Positions 9,412 to 18,729 of a stretch of 64,000 nucleotides of DNA are shown here, one piece after another. A model generated the notes under the pieces. The model was not told the DNA's origin and did no database searches. It worked only from the letters and a program-made list of their open reading frames with translations. The stretch's first letter is position 1, and the number at the start of each line of letters is the position of its first letter. The position numbers were made by a program, and so were the translations under genes. This DNA comes from Eubacteriales bacterium (GTDB taxonomy: Bacteria; Bacillota; Clostridia; Oscillospirales; SIG627): assembly GCA_045536965.1 (NCBI GenBank), contig JAZSON010000021.1, positions 26,797 to 90,796 on the forward strand, read 5' to 3'.

Positions 9412-11214
9412 ATGGAATCAATTACAAAATATCTCACCTTAGTCGGCAAAGAGGTTGATGGCAGATACACTGTGCGTGATATTATCGGTATTGGCGGTAT
9501 GGCTGTTGTTTTAAAAGCCTACGACAATGTTATGCAACGCGACGTCGCTCTGAAAATCCTCAACGACGAGCTTAAATCCGACGATGCCGCTGTCAGGCGT
9601 TTCGTCAATGAATCGAAAGCTGTTGCCATGCTCTCCGAACCGCACATCGTCTCTATTTATGACGTGGCGTTCAATGACAATTTGCAGTATATCGCCATGG
9701 AATATGTTGACGGTGTTACGTTAAAAGCGTATATGGCAGATAAACTGCCTCTTTCCGTATCCGAAGCATTGCATTTTACCGAGCAAATTCTTCTTGCTTT
9801 AGAACACGCCCACGAAAAAGGTGTTGTGCACCGTGATATTAAACCACAGAATATTCTCCTTTTGGATGGAGAAAATATCAAAGTAGCCGATTTTGGCATC
9901 GCACAGCTTCCCACAGGCGAAAATATCGAGCAGGAAAAAGAAGTTATCGGTACCATCAATTATATCAGCCCTGAGCAGGTTTCTGCCCAACCGACGGATT
10001 TCCATACAGATTTATACTCACTCGGCATCATGCTTTACGAAATGGTCACGGGAAGATTACCATTTATCGCAGATAACCCAAAAGAAGTTGCGCGGATGCA
10101 ACGTGAAGAACTGCCTCCCGCGCCATCTACATTCAATGCATCCATCCCCCCTGCGCTGGATCAGTTGATTTTAAAATCCATCCAAAAGAAACCCGAAGAC
10201 CGTTTCCGCTCAGCCCACTCTGTTCTCCGCGCCATTCAAACCGTTCGAAACAATCCCGATGCCATCTTTGATGCGGCCGCTCCCTATGCTGCCGCCGAGG
10301 AAAACAACAATCCACAAGAACAAATTCAATTAGGTCCGATTAGGGAAGAAATTCTTCCGGAAAACGAACCGGAAACGCGAGTAGTAATGAAAACAGTCTA
10401 CAAAAGACCACGCAGATCAGCATTCCCGATCATCGTCGGTGTCTTTTCGTCCTTTATGCTGATTGCCGCCATTTTGATTCTGCGGTTTTTTATGTATTAC
10501 TTTAATTTTACATCCAATGCCGTCAGCGAAACCATGACTGTACCCGATTTGGTCGGTCAGATCTATAATGCAGCCCTAAAAGAATCCTTGCGTGATGAAC
10601 GGGTCAACATTCGAGCCGCCGATATTGAGTATGATTATAATTCTAATCAACCGATCAACACGATCTTATCCCAATCACCTGCCGCGGGTTCTCAGAAAAA
10701 GATTGGTGGCAATCAATTTTACGATGTGAAATTGGTTATAAGTGGCGGACATAAAGCCATACAGTTGCCCGATTACTCCATTACTGCGGCAAAAGATGCT
10801 AAAAAAGCGCTTGAATCCCTTAAACTTTCCTATAAAGAGGTTGCCGAATACAGTGATACGGTAATTGCGGGATATGTTATTCGAACCGTTCCCGAAGCAG
10901 GCAGTTATTTAAATGAAAATGAGCAAGTTGTTGTTTACGTCAGCAAGGGCCAAAGTTTGAATTATACCGCCATGCCCGATTTGGTTGGACGCACTTTAAA
11001 CGAAGCAAAAAATCAACTCCAAAAAGAGGAAATTGTCTTAGGTAGTGTCATACGCCAACCCTCCTCTCATCCCAGCAATACCGTCATCAGTCAATCAATT
11101 GCCGCGGGATATGAGGTTGTGAAAAAATACACCGTAGTTGATATTGTTGTCAGCATCTATATGCCCAATTATTCCGATGACATTCAATCGAATGTGCCCA
11201 AAGGGAGTTCGTAA
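9412..11214 (+). CDS. prkC: PASTA-domain Ser/Thr kinase (PrkC/Stk1/PknB type)
   Basis: GIGGMAVV, VALK, HRDIKPQN, DFG, SPE; single TM; about three PASTA repeats (VPDLVG, LPDYS, MPDLVG). Confidence 0.95.
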   Translation: MESITKYLTLVGKEVDGRYTVRDIIGIGGMAVVLKAYDNVMQRDVALKILNDELKSDDAAVRRFVNESKAVAMLSEPHIVSIYDVAFNDNLQYIAMEYVDGVTLKAYMADKLPLSVSEALHFTEQILLALEHAHEKGVVHRDIKPQNILLLDGENIKVADFGIAQLPTGENIEQEKEVIGTINYISPEQVSAQPTDFHTDLYSLGIMLYEMVTGRLPFIADNPKEVARMQREELPPAPSTFNASIPPALDQLILKSIQKKPEDRFRSAHSVLRAIQTVRNNPDAIFDAAAPYAAAEENNNPQEQIQLGPIREEILPENEPETRVVMKTVYKRPRRSAFPIIVGVFSSFMLIAAILILRFFMYYFNFTSNAVSETMTVPDLVGQIYNAALKESLRDERVNIRAADIEYDYNSNQPINTILSQSPAAGSQKKIGGNQFYDVKLVISGGHKAIQLPDYSITAAKDAKKALESLKLSYKEVAEYSDTVIAGYVIRTVPEAGSYLNENEQVVVYVSKGQSLNYTAMPDLVGRTLNEAKNQLQKEEIVLGSVIRQPSSHPSNTVISQSIAAGYEVVKKYTVVDIVVSIYMPNYSDDIQSNVPKGSS

Positions 11215-12149
11215 TGACAGATAACTTAGTCAGAAATGGTAGGATCTTATCTTGTGTAGGCGGTATTTTTACCGTTCTCGACGGCGATGAAATCGTCTCA
11301 TGTTACGCAAAAGGCACTTTTCGTCATGAGGGAATCACACCACTCGCGGGCGATGAAGTAACATTTTATCTTGAAAACAATAAAGATGTAAAACGTGAGG
11401 CTGATGGATATATTCAATCTATACTTCCCCGCAAAAATGAGTTGCTTCGCCCTCCCGTTGCAAATATCGATCGTCTTTTTGTGGTTGCAACCCTCCATCA
11501 ACCGGTTTATTCCCCCCTTGCGCTGGATAAATTGCTTGTTTTGGCAGTACACAACCACATGGAACCAATTATTATATTAAACAAAACCGATTTATGCAGC
11601 GAGGATGAAATACAAAATTTTTTGAAAATATACCGCACACTCGGTTGTCCCGTGTTTCCTTTTTGCGCTAGCAATCCATCTCAAAAAATACTCGATGAAA
11701 TCCGCGTTCTAACCAAGGGGGTAACGAGCGCATTCGCGGGCGCTTCCGGTGTGGGGAAATCAACCGTTATCAACGCGCTCTTCCCAAATCTCGCATGCGA
11801 AACAGGTGAAGTGAGCTTGAAAACCTTGCGCGGTAAACATACGACCAGACAAAGCAAACTCAGTCGTTTGGACGAAAATTCTTATTTGGCCGACACCCCG
11901 GGCTTTACATTGCTTGATTTTGAGCGTTTCTTCTTTCTTACCAAAGAGGAGCTTCCGGATGCTTTTCCTGAATTTGCGCCTTTCTTAGGAAATTGCCGTT
12001 ATACCAAATGCACCCATCGCACCGAGGATGGCTGTGCTGTTTTAGAAGGTATGCGACAGGGCGCTGTATCCACAGAACGACACAAATCATATGTTTCCCT
12101 TTATAGCGAGGTCGCCACGCATAAGCCTTGGCAAACCGCGAAAAAGTAA
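11214..12149 (+). CDS. rsgA: Ribosome small subunit-dependent GTPase A
   Basis: NKTD, GASGVGKS, RGKHTT, DTPG, C-terminal CRYTKCTHRTEDGC zinc motif. Confidence 0.96.
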   Translation: MTDNLVRNGRILSCVGGIFTVLDGDEIVSCYAKGTFRHEGITPLAGDEVTFYLENNKDVKREADGYIQSILPRKNELLRPPVANIDRLFVVATLHQPVYSPLALDKLLVLAVHNHMEPIIILNKTDLCSEDEIQNFLKIYRTLGCPVFPFCASNPSQKILDEIRVLTKGVTSAFAGASGVGKSTVINALFPNLACETGEVSLKTLRGKHTTRQSKLSRLDENSYLADTPGFTLLDFERFFFLTKEELPDAFPEFAPFLGNCRYTKCTHRTEDGCAVLEGMRQGAVSTERHKSYVSLYSEVATHKPWQTAKK

Positions 12150-12172
12150 TACGCCCCTTTCGGGGCGTATTA
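12147..12172. terminator. Bidirectional hairpin between convergent rsgA and 12173-12601
   Basis: TAATACGCCCC-tttc-GGGGCGTATTA perfect 11-bp stem. Confidence 0.8.
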
Positions 12173-12601
12173 TTATAGGAATTGCTTATAATCTTGAAAT
12201 ATTCTTTCCTGCAATCCGATCAGATTATCGGCAATTTGTTTTACCTCCGGTTTTGCCGAAGGCGCACATTTGACTGCGCGGGTCACTTCAACAATACCAC
12301 AGGATGCACCTTGCATCATCATTTCCGCGACTTTTGTGGTTGAGTTATCATTCATGATAGACATTTTTGCACCGATTTCAGCGCCCAATTTTGAAAAAAC
12401 GCTTTTTTCTTCCGGTTTTTCACCCGCGCTGAAAATCATGTCGGCGGCAGAATTAGCGATCTCGTCAAAACTGTTTTTGTCTTTTAACATGCAGTCGCGA
12501 ATCTGCCCGTTATCCACCTTCGAGATAATATTATTGATGCTCTCCACACCCATTTTACTGCTTTGGTAAACTGTATTTAACAGTTCTTTTTCTTTCGACA
12601 T
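12173..12601 (-). CDS. Conserved clostridial four-helix (ferritin-like/DUF2383-like) hypothetical protein
   Basis: All-helical 142 aa; KMGVESI and AEMMMQG motifs; RBS GGGATGTG; immediately downstream of sigK. Confidence 0.6.
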   Translation of the reverse strand: MSKEKELLNTVYQSSKMGVESINNIISKVDNGQIRDCMLKDKNSFDEIANSAADMIFSAGEKPEEKSVFSKLGAEIGAKMSIMNDNSTTKVAEMMMQGASCGIVEVTRAVKCAPSAKPEVKQIADNLIGLQERIFQDYKQFL

Positions 12602-12643
12602 GCGTTCACATCCCTTCGCTTAAAGTATCTCCTGAATTTATAT

Positions 12644-13348
12644 TTATATGTATTTTTTCGGTCTTTCCATATAATTTTGCAGTTTTTCAAGGGCGGACTT
12701 TTCCAACCGAGACACATACGATCGACTGATGCCCATTTTTTTCGCAACTTCTCTTTGTGTACTAGGCTTTTTATTTTTTCCCAATCCATACCGCAAAATA
12801 ATAATGGCCTGTTCCCGTTCTGTTAAGATATGCGCAACACCTTTGAGTGCAAGATAGCTTTTTTCCTTCAAGTCCAACGTTTCAACAATGGTATCGTCCA
12901 CACTGATGATATCGATATAAGTTAACGGATTGCCATCCTTGTCCAGTTCAATAATATCATGAAGCGAAGTTTCGTTATTTAATTTTTTTTGCGCTCGAAA
13001 ATACATCAGTATTTCATTTTGCAGGCATTTTCCTGCATATGTTGCAAATCTTGTTCCGTTTTTCACATCAAACGAATCGATTGCTTTGATCAATCCAATC
13101 GTACCAATGCTTAAAAGGTCTTCTTGATCTTTACAGCAGGTATAGTATTTTTTAATCATATGCGCCACCAGACGCATGTTATGTTCAATGAGTTTCCCAC
13201 GCGCATTCTCATCGCCTGCAGCTGCCAGTTCAAACAATCTTTTTTCTTCCTTCGCATCCAGCGGAGGTGGAAATGTCGTTGATTTCGCAACATGTAACCG
13301 AACAAACAAAAAGTGCGCCAATGTGTATAATATTGCCCCCAAATACAT
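12644..13348 (-). CDS. sigK: Sporulation sigma factor pro-SigK (uninterrupted)
   Basis: Hydrophobic pro-sequence, FPPPL, LIEHNMRLVAH, DLLSIGTIGLIKAIDSF, TQREVAKKMGISRSYVSRLEK. Confidence 0.9.
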   Translation of the reverse strand: MYLGAILYTLAHFLFVRLHVAKSTTFPPPLDAKEEKRLFELAAAGDENARGKLIEHNMRLVAHMIKKYYTCCKDQEDLLSIGTIGLIKAIDSFDVKNGTRFATYAGKCLQNEILMYFRAQKKLNNETSLHDIIELDKDGNPLTYIDIISVDDTIVETLDLKEKSYLALKGVAHILTEREQAIIILRYGLGKNKKPSTQREVAKKMGISRSYVSRLEKSALEKLQNYMERPKKYI

Positions 13349-13377
13349 ATCTATTCCTCCCGCGCAATCCTACTTAC

Positions 13378-13406
13378 AGTATATGCTGTATCCTCATTTT
13401 GCATGA
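13378..13406 (-). promoter_or_regulatory. Possible SigE-type promoter of sigK
   Basis: Minus strand TCATG-16 nt-CATATACT resembles the SigE consensus (ATa...CATAcanT); about 30 nt upstream of the sigK ATG. Confidence 0.4.
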
Positions 13407-13420
13407 TTGGAGAATTCAAA

Positions 13421-14293
13421 ATGCTATATTCCATCATTGACATCGGTTCCAACACCGTTAAGCTTGCCGTTTATACCTCACCATCTCCAAAACCCATCTA
13501 TTTTTTATCTAAACAAATCGCTCTTGCTGACTATGTATCAACATCTATTCATGGACGCACTATGACAAATGAGGGGATTGATCTTTTAAAAAAGACACTT
13601 CTTGAGTTAAAAAATAAAACCATCGAAAACGGCTATCCCCTCCCCCAAGCTTTTTGCACCGCCGCATGTCGCAATTTAATCAATGAAACCGATTTAATTG
13701 CGGCCATATCAACCACACTCGGTAGACAAGTGCGCATTTTAAGCGGCCAAGAGGAAGCTTTGTTTACACTCCGAGGAGTCTTATCCTCGGTATCTGTGTC
13801 AAACGGTATTATGATTGATATGGGTGGCGCTTCCACAGAATTCTGCCCATTTGAAAACAAACAACCCGTAGGGACGCCAATCAGTATTCCTTGCGGATGC
13901 CGACATCTATATCACGTTTATCAAAAAACACATTCTAAAATCTCATTATTAGAACATTTTTATCATGCATCACACTTACCGCAATTTACTGTAAATTCAT
14001 GTGTATGTTTATCGGGCGGTTCGGTCAAAGCTCTAGCAAAAGCGATGAATGATAATCGTTTTGATGCCAATACACAAAAAGATGTGCAAACATTCATTTC
14101 CTCCCTACTTCCGATTTTAGAATTGGCTGACAGTAGCGAAGATCGTATTTGCAGAGAAATATTCAAAGAACGATATCCACTCATGTTCCCTTCTCTTGTT
14201 GTCTTTGATGATTTACTCAAAAAACTTTCTCCAACGGGCGTGCATTTGTCTTTTGGGGGTACGCGAGAAGGGTATTATTTAAGTTTAATATAA
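13421..14293 (+). CDS. Ppx/GppA family exopolyphosphatase (single-domain)
   Basis: IDIGSNTVKL, TAACR, ILSGQEEA, DMGGASTE, GGTREG. Confidence 0.88.
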   Translation: MLYSIIDIGSNTVKLAVYTSPSPKPIYFLSKQIALADYVSTSIHGRTMTNEGIDLLKKTLLELKNKTIENGYPLPQAFCTAACRNLINETDLIAAISTTLGRQVRILSGQEEALFTLRGVLSSVSVSNGIMIDMGGASTEFCPFENKQPVGTPISIPCGCRHLYHVYQKTHSKISLLEHFYHASHLPQFTVNSCVCLSGGSVKALAKAMNDNRFDANTQKDVQTFISSLLPILELADSSEDRICREIFKERYPLMFPSLVVFDDLLKKLSPTGVHLSFGGTREGYYLSLI

Positions 14294-14307
14294 ACGAATG
14301 ATTGCAT

Positions 14308-14344
14308 AACAAAAGGGCTGTTCTTTAAGGACAGCCCTTTTGTT
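14308..14344. terminator. Bidirectional rho-independent terminator
   Basis: AACAAAAGGGCTGTTC...GGACAGCCCTTTTGTT between convergent genes. Confidence 0.8.
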
Positions 14345-15957
14345 CATTTTGCAATATAAATAAAGTGATCACGCAAAAAACTAATCGAATAGCGGGAACG
14401 CTCGATTTTATTCTTATCATTCATGGAAGATAAGATCATATCTTTAGCGGTGGCATCAAAGATCAAGTTCGGCGTATATGTGACATTGTTACCGCTTTTT
14501 TGACTGTTTTCATAAGGAAACATGGTAAATGAATCGATGGAAACTCTGCCTGTGGAACCAACGGCAAAACGTACATTGAAAATAAAACCGTAGTGCGAAG
14601 GATTACCGGATTGGGTGGCAGAATAAGAAAGATCGCCGAGGGAGAATGCGGTATAACCGTTGTTATAACTCTCAATGGTTTGATAAGTGTGAGGTGTTGC
14701 ACCGACCACCAAAGTAGCGCCTGCATCTACAGCGGCTCGGGCCACATTGGTTTGGAAGGGTGAGAGGTTGGCGGTGTATCGGCCATCCTGACTGTCGGCA
14801 ACAGATTTTTGTCCCGTCCAGTTGATATAAACAATTACAATGGAAGAATCTTTTTTAGCATCGGTAATAGCTTCCGAAAGGATCGACTTGTAGGTGGCAA
14901 GATCCGTGGTGCTGTCGCTGTGTTCAATCCAGTTATAAGAAATCAATGAAACATACTCGTCACCGACTTTGATTTTAGCGACCGTTCCAACACCGTTGTC
15001 TGAAGCGTACTGAATATTACCAAGAGCACCCGTAGTGTAGGCTAAGCCGTCCTGACCGTAGTCCATTATATGTTCGCCCGTAAGAGCAACACTTTCAATA
15101 GAAGCGGCGTTTAAAATATTTTTAACATAATCGGTGCTTCCTTTGATGGGGCTTGTAACACCTGTGGCGGGGGTTAAAGATGCCGATGGGTGTATCAACG
15201 GATTCACAAGAGAAACAAAGGATGCATGATCGGAACCAAAGACGGAGGTGACACCTGCCAAGAGTGAAGACTGGTTGGCGCCGTATAAATTTGTGAAGGT
15301 ATTGGAAGCATCGTCGCCAAGAACAAGACTGCCACCGAGAGAAACGGAGATGAGGTTTTTATCTTCAACATATTTTTGCTGATAGAGAGAAATAAAAGTG
15401 AGGGTTAAGGCACCGTTAACGCTGGTATCAAGCTTGGGGCAGTAATCCTGCGCGAAATCACCCAAGGTATCAATACTTTTTAATAATTGCAAAATTTCCG
15501 TTGAAACATAGGTGTTATACTTGGTTTCTTCCGCTAAAGAATGATCTAAAAAATCAGTAAACTTCTGTGAGAGGAAGGCGTAAAGGGAAGCGGCTCCCGT
15601 ATCGGGCGTATCAAGAGAATTGAGGGCTGTTGCCGCTTGATTGAGTTCTTGAATGAGCTGAGGAAGCGACTTTTTATATTCTTTATCCGTGCCGTACGCT
15701 TGGCGTTCAATAAAACTTTCAAGGGAGGTTTTAGCAGTATAAACCGGTTGAAGCTTTATATCGATAGGATTATTTTCTTCTTGATTGTTTTCGTCCTGCT
15801 GATTATCTTGATCGGTCGGACGAAGAGGATCCGGGGTATCGTTGTCATCGGGAAGGGGCGTGTTGGGCCCTTCATTGGCAATCAGGGAAGAAATCATTGC
15901 CACGGTCACAAGAAGTGCCAATACACAAAAAATCAAACTGGAAATTTTGCTGTTCAT
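14344..15957 (-). CDS. Membrane-anchored CapA (PGA_cap) family protein with degenerate metal-binding motifs
   Basis: N-terminal TM, acidic/Pro linker; HIMDYGQDG, ARAAVDAGATLVVG.PH.YQ.IE.Y, FSLGD pattern of CapA. Confidence 0.75.
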   Translation of the reverse strand: MNSKISSLIFCVLALLVTVAMISSLIANEGPNTPLPDDNDTPDPLRPTDQDNQQDENNQEENNPIDIKLQPVYTAKTSLESFIERQAYGTDKEYKKSLPQLIQELNQAATALNSLDTPDTGAASLYAFLSQKFTDFLDHSLAEETKYNTYVSTEILQLLKSIDTLGDFAQDYCPKLDTSVNGALTLTFISLYQQKYVEDKNLISVSLGGSLVLGDDASNTFTNLYGANQSSLLAGVTSVFGSDHASFVSLVNPLIHPSASLTPATGVTSPIKGSTDYVKNILNAASIESVALTGEHIMDYGQDGLAYTTGALGNIQYASDNGVGTVAKIKVGDEYVSLISYNWIEHSDSTTDLATYKSILSEAITDAKKDSSIVIVYINWTGQKSVADSQDGRYTANLSPFQTNVARAAVDAGATLVVGATPHTYQTIESYNNGYTAFSLGDLSYSATQSGNPSHYGFIFNVRFAVGSTGRVSIDSFTMFPYENSQKSGNNVTYTPNLIFDATAKDMILSSMNDKNKIERSRYSISFLRDHFIYIAK

Positions 15958-15996
15958 AGTTTCACCTTAATTTCATTGGTTGTTTTTTCTGTGCAT

Positions 15997-16025
15997 ATTT
16001 TAACATATCATATTGAAATTGTCAA
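15997..16025 (-). promoter_or_regulatory. SigA promoter of the CapA-like gene
   Basis: Minus strand TTGACA-17-TAAAAT; overlaps the divergent alaS promoter. Confidence 0.65.
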
Positions 16026-16041
16026 TCTTTTCTGTTATAAT
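16013..16041 (+). promoter_or_regulatory. SigA promoter of alaS operon
   Basis: TTGAAA-17-TATAAT with extended TGn. Confidence 0.7.
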
Positions 16042-16078
16042 ACGATCAGTTATTTAAAAGGAAAGGACTCGACAATTT

Positions 16079-18703
16079 ATGCAATACATGTCACTTAACA
16101 CACTGAGAGAAAAATATCTTTCGTTTTTTGAAAGCAAGGGTCACTTGCGTCTTCCCAGCTTTTCCCTGATCCCCTCCAATGACCCCTCCCTGCTTCTTAT
16201 AAACGCCGGTATGGCGCCGATGAAAAATTATTTCAAGGGAGTGGAAACACCCCCTCGTAACCGTGTAACCACATGTCAAAAGTGTATCCGTACACCCGAT
16301 ATTGAACGTGTTGGTAAAACCGCACGTCACGGCACTTATTTTGAAATGCTCGGTAACTTCTCTTTTGGTGATTACTTCAAAAAAGAAGCGATTGCTTGGA
16401 GTTGGGAATTTTGCACCGAGGTTCTCGGTATCGAAAAAGATCTTCTGTGGGTCACTGTCTATGAACAGGACGACGAAGCTTTTGATATCTGGACAAAAGA
16501 CATCGGTCTGCCCCCCGAACGTGTCATTCGCCTTGGAAAGGCTGACAATTTCTGGGAGCATGGTTCCGGCCCCTGCGGTCCCTGCAGCGAGATTCACATT
16601 GACCGCGGTGAAAACTACGGTTGCGGATCGCCTGATTGTAAACCCGGTTGTGATTGCGACAGATTTATGGAAATCTGGAACAATGTATTTACCCAGTTTG
16701 ACCACGACGGCAACGGCAATTATGCCGAACTTGCTTCCAAAAATATCGATACAGGTATGGGTCTTGAGCGTCTTGCTTGCGTCATGCAGGGCGTGGATAA
16801 TCTTTTTGAGGTCGATACCGTCCGCCGCATTCTCGATCATGTCTGCAAAATTGCCGATAAAAAATACGGCGAAAATCAAGATCATGACGTTTCCATCCGC
16901 GTTATTACCGACCACATCCGTTCTACCACCTTTATGATCTGCGATGGCATTATGCCTTCCAACGAAGGCCGTGGATATGTTCTCCGTCGTCTCTTGCGTC
17001 GTGCCGCAAGACATGGCAAGCTCCTTGGTATTAACCGCCCCTTCCTTTCGGAGCTTTGTCGCACCGTTATCGGCGAAAACAAAGATGCCTACCCCGAGCT
17101 TGTCGAACGCGCCGACTTCATATGTAAGATCATCACCATGGAAGAAGATCGTTTTGATGCTACTATTGATGCAGGTCTTAAAATCCTTTCGGATATCGTT
17201 ATCGATTGCAAAAATAACGGCAAAACTGAAATTTCGGGCGAAGATTGCTTTAAACTTTATGACACATTTGGCTTCCCCATCGATTTAATCCGCGAAATCG
17301 CGCAAGAAAACAACCTCACCACCGGTGATGATGCTTTTAATCGTTTGATGGATGAACAAAAGAAACGTGCGCGTGCCGCAAGAGGTACAACCGAAAGCTG
17401 GAAACTTGATGCATTTTCGGATATCAATGTTGAAAAAACCGATTTTATCGGCTACACTTCTTTGTCCTCCCATTCAAAAGTACTTGCCATTTTCAAAGAC
17501 AACGAATCAGCTGAATTGGTCAGCGAGGGTGATTGTGTCGTGATTCTCGATCGCACTCCCTTTTATGCCGAAAGCGGCGGCCAAGTCGGTGATACCGGTA
17601 TCATTTCCTCGGGTAACACAGTCATCGCCGTAAACGATACACACAAAACGGCGGGTGGTATTTTCCTCCACATCGCAACTGTACAAAACGGTATGCTCCG
17701 CGTCGGTGACATTGTTAACACAGAGGTGGATGGAGTTCGCAGACAAGCCATTTGCCGCAACCACTCCTCCCTGCATCTTTTGCAATCTGCTTTGCGTACA
17801 GTTTTAGGAAACCACGTTGAGCAGGCAGGTTCTTATGTTGATGACAAGAGAGGCCGTTTCGACTTTAAGCATTTCACTGCCATGACCGAAGAAGAAATCG
17901 CAAAAACCGAAATGCTTGTAAACGAAATGATGCTTGCAGGTGTTGATGTCACGGTTTCCGAAGTGTCGATGGAAGAAGCTAAAAAAGCAGGCGCTATGGC
18001 TCTCTTTGGCGAAAAATACGGCTCTGTTGTGCGCATGGTCAAGATGGGTGATTGTTCCACCGAGCTTTGCGGCGGTACCCATCTGAACAACACGGCGCGC
18101 GCAGGTTTGTTTAAGATCATCGCCGAATCTTCTGTATCAGCCGGTGTCCGCCGTATTGAATGTGCAACCGGTACACAAGTTCTTCAGCTTTACAACGAAT
18201 CCATCGCAAAAGATAAAGAGCTTGCCAAAATTTTAAAATCCGGCAGCACTTTGGATCTGATCAAGAAAGCGACCGCGCTCCAAAACGAACTGAAAGAAGC
18301 CAAACGTGAAGTGGAATCTCAAGCAGCCGCTTTGGCCGCATCCAAATTGGATTCTTTGACTGCCTCTATTCAAAAAATCGGTAATTTCTCGGTTCTTTTT
18401 GAAAAATTGGATAACATGACAACCGACCAACTCAGAAGCGCAGGCGACCGCTTGAAGGATAGTTATCCCGATATCGTTGCCATGCTGTCTTCTGTAAATG
18501 ACGGAAAAGTCACCTTGGTTGCGCTGTGCGGCAAAGATGCCGTAGCAAACGGCGGTCATGCAGGAAACCTCGTCAAAGCGATTGCCCCCATTCTCGGTGG
18601 CGGCGGTGGCGGAAGACCCGATAGCGCTGTATCCGGCGGTAAATTTGCCGACAAACTCCCCGAAGCAAAAGAAGCGTTTATTCAGGCAATTAAAGCTTTA
18701 TAA
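16079..18703 (+). CDS. alaS: Alanine-tRNA ligase
   Basis: NAGMAPMK, RHGTYFEMLGNFSFGDYFK, IDTGMGLER, HSSLH editing motif, ELCGGTH, GGGGGRP. Confidence 0.98.
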   Translation: MQYMSLNTLREKYLSFFESKGHLRLPSFSLIPSNDPSLLLINAGMAPMKNYFKGVETPPRNRVTTCQKCIRTPDIERVGKTARHGTYFEMLGNFSFGDYFKKEAIAWSWEFCTEVLGIEKDLLWVTVYEQDDEAFDIWTKDIGLPPERVIRLGKADNFWEHGSGPCGPCSEIHIDRGENYGCGSPDCKPGCDCDRFMEIWNNVFTQFDHDGNGNYAELASKNIDTGMGLERLACVMQGVDNLFEVDTVRRILDHVCKIADKKYGENQDHDVSIRVITDHIRSTTFMICDGIMPSNEGRGYVLRRLLRRAARHGKLLGINRPFLSELCRTVIGENKDAYPELVERADFICKIITMEEDRFDATIDAGLKILSDIVIDCKNNGKTEISGEDCFKLYDTFGFPIDLIREIAQENNLTTGDDAFNRLMDEQKKRARAARGTTESWKLDAFSDINVEKTDFIGYTSLSSHSKVLAIFKDNESAELVSEGDCVVILDRTPFYAESGGQVGDTGIISSGNTVIAVNDTHKTAGGIFLHIATVQNGMLRVGDIVNTEVDGVRRQAICRNHSSLHLLQSALRTVLGNHVEQAGSYVDDKRGRFDFKHFTAMTEEEIAKTEMLVNEMMLAGVDVTVSEVSMEEAKKAGAMALFGEKYGSVVRMVKMGDCSTELCGGTHLNNTARAGLFKIIAESSVSAGVRRIECATGTQVLQLYNESIAKDKELAKILKSGSTLDLIKKATALQNELKEAKREVESQAAALAASKLDSLTASIQKIGNFSVLFEKLDNMTTDQLRSAGDRLKDSYPDIVAMLSSVNDGKVTLVALCGKDAVANGGHAGNLVKAIAPILGGGGGGRPDSAVSGGKFADKLPEAKEAFIQAIKAL

Positions 18704-18729
18704 TTTACTCGGTATTCGGAGGATTTATC

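Noticed and set aside
15958-16078. T-box leader upstream of alaS
   Set aside because: The promoter is under 40 nt from the start codon, leaving no room, and no T-box consensus is visible.
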